A stretch of DNA of 64,000 nt, from NCBI GenBank assembly GCA_964491925.1, contig CAZBGZ010000003.1, forward strand, positions 22,234 through 86,233, written 5' to 3'. Below the pieces are notes generated by a model. That model was given only the letters and a program-made list of their open reading frames with translations. It was not told the DNA's origin and did not search any database. The DNA is from an uncultured Candidatus Saccharibacteria bacterium (GTDB lineage Bacteria > Patescibacteriota > Saccharimonadia > Saccharimonadales > JAGQNJ01). The position numbers and the translations under genes are program-made. Below, in pieces: positions 59,589-64,000 of this stretch (position 1 is the stretch's first letter; each line of letters starts with the position of its first letter).

Positions 59589-59870
59589 ATGTCATCGATA
59601 GTGGAAATACTGGGGGTTATTGGGGGAGTATTTTACCTAATCGCATTTGTTGAAGTATCTGCTGGCGAGTGGAATGGACGATCTTATCGATATGAGATAT
59701 TCAACCTAATCGGCGGCATATTGCTGTTGTACTATTCGATAGCGAAGCATGCCTACACTAATATAGTCCTCAACATTATCTGGATAGTAGTCGCGCTGTA
59801 TGTGATAAGAGCGATAATAAAACGACATAAAAAACGTCGGATTATCAGAAAAACTAGGAAGAAACGATAA
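59589..59870 (+). CDS. small two-TM membrane protein with K/R-rich tail
   Basis: 93-aa ORF with hydrophobic helices and the C-terminus KRHKKRRIIRKTRKKR. Confidence 0.45.
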   Translation: MSSIVEILGVIGGVFYLIAFVEVSAGEWNGRSYRYEIFNLIGGILLLYYSIAKHAYTNIVLNIIWIVVALYVIRAIIKRHKKRRIIRKTRKKR

Positions 59871-59878
59871 ATCCTAAA

Positions 59879-59898
59879 TGGTGTGCGAGAGAGGATTC
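59879..59898 (-). pseudogene. 20-nt fragment of the tRNA-Leu 3' end (T-loop to CCA)
   Basis: The plus strand TGGTGTGCGAGAGAGGATTC matches 60056-60075 at 19/20 positions. The sequence diverges completely beyond that. Confidence 0.55.
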
Positions 59899-59961
59899 CT
59901 TCATCTTCCGCTAGCGACAAAATTACTTTTAGTAATTGCGCATGCGGGCAAGTAAGTAAAA

Positions 59962-59987
59962 CGGAAACAGCCATTGGGCTGTTTCCG
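59962..59987 (-). terminator. 11-bp hairpin CGGAAACAGCC-CAAT-GGCTGTTTCCG followed by TTTT (minus strand), downstream of tRNA-Leu
   Basis: Read directly. The T-run follows the hairpin on the minus strand only. Confidence 0.55.
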
Positions 59988-60055
59988 ACCCGAGGGTTCG
60001 AACCTATTCGATCAAAATTCTTCATGGTCCTGCCAGAAAACAGAACAACGAAGAA

Positions 60056-60139
60056 TGGTGCGCGAGAGAGGATTCGAACCTCCACACCTTGCGGCACCAG
60101 TCCCTCAGACTGGCGTGTCTACCGTTCCACCACTCGCGC
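60056..60139 (-). tRNA. tRNA-Leu(GAG), type II, CCA encoded
   Basis: Manual cloverleaf. Acceptor GCGCGAG/CTCGCGC. Anticodon arm CCAGT-CTGAGGG-ACTGG. 13-nt variable arm. T-arm GGAGG-TTCGAAT-CCTCT. Confidence 0.9.
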
Positions 60140-60149
60140 ATCGGATATA

Positions 60150-60178
60150 AGCATACTGGGGACAGCGGACTTTTTCAA
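60150..60178 (-). promoter_or_regulatory. candidate promoter TTGAAA-N17-TATGCT for tRNA-Leu
   Basis: Read on the minus strand. The -10 box ends about 10 nt before the mature tRNA 5' end. Confidence 0.35.
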
Positions 60179-60187
60179 GAAGCCAGC

Positions 60188-60216
60188 TTGAATTTATCTC
60201 TGTTGTAAGCTATTAT
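60188..60216 (+). promoter_or_regulatory. candidate promoter TTGAAT-N17-TATTAT for the tRNA-Val/Phe cluster
   Basis: Read directly, 23 nt upstream of tRNA-Val. Confidence 0.4.
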
Positions 60217-60239
60217 TCTGCGGTACCATTAATCGTAAT

Positions 60240-60316
60240 GGGCGGTTAGCTCAGTTGGCTAGAGCACCTCGTTTACACCGAGGGGGTCACAGGTTCGAGT
60301 CCTGTACCGCCCACCA
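60240..60316 (+). tRNA. tRNA-Val(TAC), CCA encoded
   Basis: Manual cloverleaf. Acceptor GGGCGGT/ACCGCCC. Anticodon loop TTTACAC. T-arm ACAGG-TTCGAGT-CCTGT. Confidence 0.9.
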
Positions 60317-60368
60317 TTAACAATTTATTGCGCAAAACTATTGCGGCTCTTTAGCTCAGTTGGTAGAG
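60317..60368 (+). repeat. 52-bp direct repeat, copy 1 (28-nt spacer plus first 24 nt of tRNA-Phe)
   Basis: TTAACAATTTATTGCGCAAAACTATTGCGGCTCTTTAGCTCAGTTGGTAGAG is identical to 60424-60475. Confidence 0.9.
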
Positions 60369-60423
60369 TTTGAAGAGCATGTAAAATCTGGTTGGTCCCT
60401 AGGGACACAAAGAGACTGCACAT
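60345..60423 (+). pseudogene. decayed tRNA-Phe paralogue
   Basis: The acceptor/D-arm is identical to tRNA-Phe. CAGAGGC (the 5' anticodon stem) is deleted. The degenerate T-arm CTGGTTGGTCCCTAGGG is not followed by a matching acceptor 3' strand or CCA. Confidence 0.6.
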
Positions 60424-60475
60424 TTAACAATTTATTGCGCAAAACTATTGCGGCTCTTTAGCTCAGTTGGTAGAG
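60424..60475 (+). repeat. 52-bp direct repeat, copy 2
   Basis: Identical to 60317-60368. The period is 107 bp. Confidence 0.9.
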
Positions 60476-60527
60476 CAGAGGCTTGAAGAGCCTTGTGTCC
60501 CCGGTTCGAGTCCGGGAGGAGCCACCA
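60452..60527 (+). tRNA. tRNA-Phe(GAA), CCA encoded
   Basis: Manual cloverleaf. Acceptor GGCTCTT/AGGAGCC. Anticodon arm GAGGC-TTGAAGA-GCCTT. T-arm CCCGG-TTCGAGT-CCGGG. Confidence 0.9.
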
Positions 60528-60590
60528 ATATAAATATAGTGTGTCAGTATTTTCTGCTGACCATTTTTTGTTAGGGCACAAAGCCTTGTT

Positions 60591-60676
60591 GTCACGTCCC
60601 GCGACCCCGTAGCAACATCTTTGCAAACCAGTTTGCAAGAGTTGACTACCTTGCGAACTGCCACAGGCAATTCTCA
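60591..60676 (+). other. conserved structured module, copy A (unknown function)
   Basis: GTCACGTCCCGCGACCCCG, then 39 nt containing a hairpin, then CCTTGCGAAC and the hairpin GAACTGCC-ACA-GGCAATTC. Homologous, with identical spacing, to minus strand 63880-63797. Confidence 0.4.
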
Positions 60677-60704
60677 CCCGGTTCGAGTCCGGGAGGAGCC
60701 ACCA
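60677..60704 (+). pseudogene. exact duplicate of the tRNA-Phe 3' end (T-arm, acceptor strand, ACCA)
   Basis: CCCGGTTCGAGTCCGGGAGGAGCCACCA is identical to 60500-60527. Confidence 0.75.
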
Positions 60705-60719
60705 CCGTGAATACATTTC

Positions 60720-60750
60720 AAAACTCTCATAATTTTTGTGAGAGTTTTTT
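60720..60750 (+). terminator. intrinsic terminator after the tRNA-Phe mosaic
   Basis: CTCTCA-TAATTTTTG-TGAGAG followed by TTTTTT. Confidence 0.7.
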
Positions 60751-60793
60751 AATATACTACAAAAGCGGTTATGTTATACAATAAATATAAATC

Positions 60794-61594
60794 ATGAATA
60801 AAAATAATACAGAGGAACATTTAGAAGCATTTCTTTCTTATTATAGTGGGGATGTGTCAGCTGCAACGGCAGCCCTGCGCTCCTTCGCAATTAAAAAACA
60901 AAAACCCAAACACGAAGCAACTGGTCCAGTGGTTGTCTCGTTAGAAAATGTATCAAAAAAGTATAAATTAGGACGAGAAAATGTGAATGCTTTAAAAAAT
61001 GTTTCTTTAGAAATAAAACAAGGCGAGTTCGTTGCAGTTACAGGCTCTAGCGGTAGTGGCAAAAGTACGCTTTTGCAGTTAATCGGCGCGCTAGATAAAC
61101 CTAGTGAAGGACGAATCGTCGTCGACGGACAAGATATAAGCACGCTCAGTGACGGTAAATTGTCAGTTTTTCGCAACAAGACAGTTGGGTTTGTGTTTCA
61201 GTTTTTTTACCTACAGCCTTTCTTGGACATACAAACCAACATAGAGGTTCCCGCAATGTTTGCGCGAACAAAAAAATCAGAACGGATTGAAAGGTCCACA
61301 GAACTAGCAACGGCAGTAGGCTTAGTCGATAGGGTCGGCCATAAGCCAAAAGAACTTTCTGGTGGTCAGATGCAACGAGCAGCGATCGCCAGAGCGCTTC
61401 TTAACAAGCCAAAAATTTTACTAGCTGATGAGCCTACTGGTAATCTGGACAGCAAGAACGGCATGGCCATTATTGACTTGTTTGAAACTGCAAGGCAGAA
61501 ATTTGGAACTACTGTAATAATGGTTACTCATGATCCGAAGATTGCATACCATGCCGATAGGGAAATAGTGCTTCATGATGGAGAGATAGCATGA
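60794..61594 (+). CDS. ABC transporter ATP-binding protein (MacB/LolD/FtsE-like)
   Basis: 266 aa with Walker A GSSGSGKST, LSGGQMQR and LLADEPTGNLD, plus an N-terminal extension of about 45 aa. Confidence 0.85.
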   Translation: MNKNNTEEHLEAFLSYYSGDVSAATAALRSFAIKKQKPKHEATGPVVVSLENVSKKYKLGRENVNALKNVSLEIKQGEFVAVTGSSGSGKSTLLQLIGALDKPSEGRIVVDGQDISTLSDGKLSVFRNKTVGFVFQFFYLQPFLDIQTNIEVPAMFARTKKSERIERSTELATAVGLVDRVGHKPKELSGGQMQRAAIARALLNKPKILLADEPTGNLDSKNGMAIIDLFETARQKFGTTVIMVTHDPKIAYHADREIVLHDGEIA

Positions 61595-63528
61595 TTACAC
61601 TGAAAGATGCCAGTGTTTTGGCTGTGACAAAATTACGTACGCGTAAGGTCCGATTATCCGTGACGGTCATTATTTCTGGCCTATTGTTTTGTGTCCTGTC
61701 TACAACCTCATTTGTTGCACGAGGAGCCTTCAAGAGTTTGAATAGTTTTTCTCAAGAAGGTCTTGGTGACAGATTCTTGACTTCGGCCACCACAATGACA
61801 AATTTTGATGCTCCCTCAAATAAAGAGGTTGTTCGACGTGCCGAGGATTTGCAGAAAAAGATAATCACTCAAAAGAAACTAGAAGCAAAACGTCTTGGGA
61901 TCGAATATGATGATAAAACAGAACCCAGGGTCATAGACGAATTCGACGGTCAAAATGGCAAAGAAAAAGTCGTTAATTCGCAGACTGTTATCGGCCAAAA
62001 AGTAATTAACGATTATTTAACAGAGCATCCCCTGCCTGGGAAGGCTGATTTAGCCAAACTGTCGCGTTCATATAACCCGAGTAATTATTTCGAGATCACG
62101 CCTATCAATATGCCTATTTCTGTTTCAAGCGGTGTGCCATCCTCGCTACAGGTATTGAAAGGGGGCGAAGAGCGTTTTGATCAATCACAGCAGCCTCAGG
62201 ACCCATACACCGCAACCGGGCTTAGTTCGTTCACATCTTCTTGGAATTTGGCAGACCCTAGCCTACTCAGCCCGTTTCTTCTTCAGGGAAGTAGTCTGGC
62301 TATTAGCAAAGACGGAAGATTACCGGTTTTGGCGCCCTACACTGCGGCCGAAGAACTATTGGGTCTCCGGCCTCTGCCTAGCACAGCCGAATCAACAGAA
62401 AAAATTGAACGAATTAGGTTTGTCCGTGAAAAGATAAAAGACAATGCTTTTAGCGTGTGCTATCGCAACGGTGAATCAGTATCTATTATTCAAGATGTTG
62501 TTGCTACAAACTCTGAAATAGAAAAAAACAAAAATGATAAAACATACCAAAAGCCAGCTTTTATTAAATCGTTGCCATCGAAGCCTTGTGGAAATGTTGG
62601 CGTCAAGCAAGACACTAGGACATTCGGTGAGAAAACACTGGCATCTAAACAAGCACAGTTTGATAAAATTTTCGGCAAGGAAGACCCTAAAAGCCAAGTT
62701 TTTAACTTCAAAGTTGTTGGAATCGTGCCCGATCCACCTAGCAATGCCACGTCAGGTATACAGCAGCTACTGGGCGGGATACTGGGATCGACAATCGGTA
62801 GCGGTTGGTACTCGCCGACAGAAATTATTAAAAGTAACACAACCATAGGTTCAATCTTCAAACCCACTGGCCAGCCTAACGGTATGCCACATCAATACAT
62901 TGTAGAGTTTAATTCGGCAGACGATGCAAGAGGATTTATAGAGAATGGAAACTGCAAATTGGATTTTGGCACAGGCCTCAATGGGGAAGACCCTATGAAA
63001 CAGTGCGTAAAAGATGGTAAATATTTTTCCATCACACCCTTCGGCAGTAGTAGCTTGGCCCTGAACGATATCAAAAAGGGTTTTAGCAAGTACTTTAAAG
63101 ACGCTGCAATAGGTTTTGCAGTTATTGCATCGATAATAATGATGGGTACGGTAGGCCGAATTATTGCGGATAGTCGCCGCGAGACTGCAGTCTTTCGTGC
63201 AATCGGCGCCAAACGCAAAGACATATCGCAGATTTACATAGGGTATGTAATGTTGCTCTCAGGATTGATTGGGTCTTTTGCGTTAATAACAGGGTCGGTG
63301 ATAGCATTTATCGCTAATTCTAGGTGGACAGAAAACCTAACAGTTTCTGCTCTAATTAATTTCAATTCGCAAGATCTTACTAGAAAATTTACGATTTTCG
63401 CTCTTGACCCTAGGGACATATTCGTTCTGCTGGGAGTCATACTATTAGCAGGGCTTGTTAGCGCAGTGTTGCCTCTACTCAGCAATCTTCGACGTAACCC
63501 GATAAAAGATATGCGAGACGAAAACTAA
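61591..63528 (+). CDS. ABC transporter permease, FtsX/MacB-type with large extracytoplasmic domain
   Basis: 645 aa. TM1, then an extracytoplasmic region of about 450 aa, then a C-terminal FtsX domain (AVFRAIGAKRKDI plus 3 TM helices). There is a 4-nt overlap with the ATPase gene. Confidence 0.8.
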   Translation: MITLKDASVLAVTKLRTRKVRLSVTVIISGLLFCVLSTTSFVARGAFKSLNSFSQEGLGDRFLTSATTMTNFDAPSNKEVVRRAEDLQKKIITQKKLEAKRLGIEYDDKTEPRVIDEFDGQNGKEKVVNSQTVIGQKVINDYLTEHPLPGKADLAKLSRSYNPSNYFEITPINMPISVSSGVPSSLQVLKGGEERFDQSQQPQDPYTATGLSSFTSSWNLADPSLLSPFLLQGSSLAISKDGRLPVLAPYTAAEELLGLRPLPSTAESTEKIERIRFVREKIKDNAFSVCYRNGESVSIIQDVVATNSEIEKNKNDKTYQKPAFIKSLPSKPCGNVGVKQDTRTFGEKTLASKQAQFDKIFGKEDPKSQVFNFKVVGIVPDPPSNATSGIQQLLGGILGSTIGSGWYSPTEIIKSNTTIGSIFKPTGQPNGMPHQYIVEFNSADDARGFIENGNCKLDFGTGLNGEDPMKQCVKDGKYFSITPFGSSSLALNDIKKGFSKYFKDAAIGFAVIASIIMMGTVGRIIADSRRETAVFRAIGAKRKDISQIYIGYVMLLSGLIGSFALITGSVIAFIANSRWTENLTVSALINFNSQDLTRKFTIFALDPRDIFVLLGVILLAGLVSAVLPLLSNLRRNPIKDMRDEN

Positions 63529-63611
63529 AGTTCGCCTGTTGAGATAACAGTGTTGAGTTTGGTTACAAAACTCTTTATAATATTCCTCTGTTCAGCGAGA
63601 TAAGTATTTAC

Positions 63612-63639
63612 CAAATTCGAGAGAGGATTCTCGAATTTG
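63612..63639. repeat. 11-bp perfect inverted repeat CAAATTCGAGA-GAGGAT-TCTCGAATTTG containing a 13-mer of the tRNA-Leu T-arm
   Basis: CGAGAGAGGATTC (63618-63630) is identical to 60063-60075 and 59886-59898. It lies 4 nt upstream of tRNA-Gly. Confidence 0.5.
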
Positions 63640-63643
63640 AAAA

Positions 63644-63720
63644 GCGGGTGTAGCTCAGTTGTTTAGAGCGCGTCCTTGCCAAGGACGAGGCCAGGGGTTA
63701 GAGTCCCCTCACCCGCACCA
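63644..63720 (+). tRNA. tRNA-Gly(GCC), CCA encoded, non-canonical elbow (U19/A56)
   Basis: Manual cloverleaf. Acceptor GCGGGTG/CACCCGC. Anticodon arm CGTCC-TTGCCAA-GGACG. D-loop AGTTGTTTA. T-arm AGGGG-TTAGAGT-CCCCT. Confidence 0.85.
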
Positions 63721-63723
63721 ATC

Positions 63724-63750
63724 AAAAGACGTCCCGATGGGGCGTTTTTT
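63724..63750 (+). terminator. intrinsic terminator after tRNA-Gly
   Basis: ACGTCCC-GAT-GGGGCGT followed by TTTTTT, with an A-run upstream. The hairpin is weaker on the minus strand. Confidence 0.65.
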
Positions 63751-63796
63751 GATTGGTATGATGGGGTTCAAACTCCTGCCCAAAAGGCCAGGGCGA

Positions 63797-63880
63797 GAAC
63801 AGCCTTTTGGCTGTTCGCAAGGCAGCCATCCGGTGCAGCTGTGCTGCTAGCCGCGATGTTGCGGGGTCGCGGAACGTTAC
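63797..63880 (-). other. conserved structured module, copy B (unknown function), inside a GC-rich 63754-63900 segment
   Basis: The minus strand reads GTAACGTTCCGCGACCCCG, then 39 nt with a hairpin, then CCTTGCGAAC and the hairpin GAACAGCC-AAAA-GGCTGTTC. It is followed by another hairpin and a tail ending ACCA at 63754. Confidence 0.4.
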
Positions 63881-63965
63881 TAGAGTCCACATTACCCAAC
63901 CAAGCATAAGAATTATGCTCTCGATATTTGGTATTATTGTTATGCTATAATTTAGTGAATTAATT

Positions 63966-64000
63966 ATGAAAATAAACAAACATGCATTATTCGCATCTTT
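63966..64000 (+). CDS. start of an ORF truncated by the window end
   Basis: ATG 63966 (MKINKHALFAS...) lies 14 nt downstream of TGcTATAAT (63943-63951). Only 11 codons are visible. Confidence 0.3.
   Translation, partial: MKINKHALFAS

Noticed and set aside
59898-59945. Possible tRNA with anticodon AAA, suggested by the hairpin AATTA-CTAAAAG-TAATT on the minus strand.
   Set aside because: No matching 5' acceptor strand, D-arm or proper T-arm could be built. Only the terminal 20 nt resemble a tRNA (tRNA-Leu).
59753-60716. ORFs 59753-60097 (-), 59883-60191 (+), 60432-60716 (-) and 60458-60670 (-).
   Set aside because: They run across tRNA genes and tRNA fragments. The repeated WWLLPDSNR peptide is simply the translated tRNA-Phe T-arm/acceptor. 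They are not coding.
63754-63900. Possible SRP (4.5S) RNA because of the CCGGATGG hairpin and GC-rich helices.
   Set aside because: The conserved helix-8 context (GGAA/GNRA tetraloop flanked by AGG...AGCA symmetric-loop residues) is absent on both strands.
63659-63979. ORFs 63659-63850, 63676-63909 (+) and 63722-63979 (-).
   Set aside because: They overlap tRNA-Gly, its terminator and the GC-rich hairpin-dense segment. They have no start signals. The region is better explained as structured RNA or an element end.

Overview
This 64-kb window (about 43% GC by eye) looks like the chromosome of a small-genome, Gram-positive-type bacterium. The gene content resembles Candidate Phyla Radiation / Saccharibacteria-like organisms; that placement is inference only. 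Most of the window is densely packed housekeeping on the plus strand. It covers glycolysis (pyk'-pgk-tpiA) and DNA repair (pcrA, uvrA, uvrC, sbcB). It covers translation and RNA modification (metG, alaS, rplY, rsmA, mnmA, trhO, obg, tmRNA and four tRNAs). It also covers division and cell wall (ftsA, mltG, ruvX, a LysM-CHAP hydrolase, a G5/DUF348 protein), metK behind a SAM-I riboswitch, three NUDIX hydrolases, ABC transporters, and several lineage-specific hypotheticals. No CRISPR array, integrase, transposase, reverse transcriptase or rRNA is visible. Five things stand out. (1) The tRNA neighbourhoods at 59.9-60.75 kb and 63.6-63.9 kb are mosaics of partial tRNA copies. They include two homologous structured modules of about 115-130 nt that I cannot assign to a known RNA family. 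The modules end in ...ACCA and sit in inverted orientation around an ABC-transporter/tRNA-Gly segment. (2) The tmRNA 3' end plus its terminator is duplicated 0.9 kb downstream, bracketing a single-gene cassette. (3) A 21-codon remnant of the rsmA N-terminus lies 7.6 kb upstream of the intact rsmA. The DNA between them encodes two LAxTG-anchored beta-helix surface proteins and a metzincin. (4) Many genes start 6-9 nt after an extended -10 box (TGnTAnAAT), which implies leaderless mRNAs. (5) The tRNA-Gly carries a covarying U19:A56 elbow pair. All product calls come from motif recognition by eye; no database search was run.
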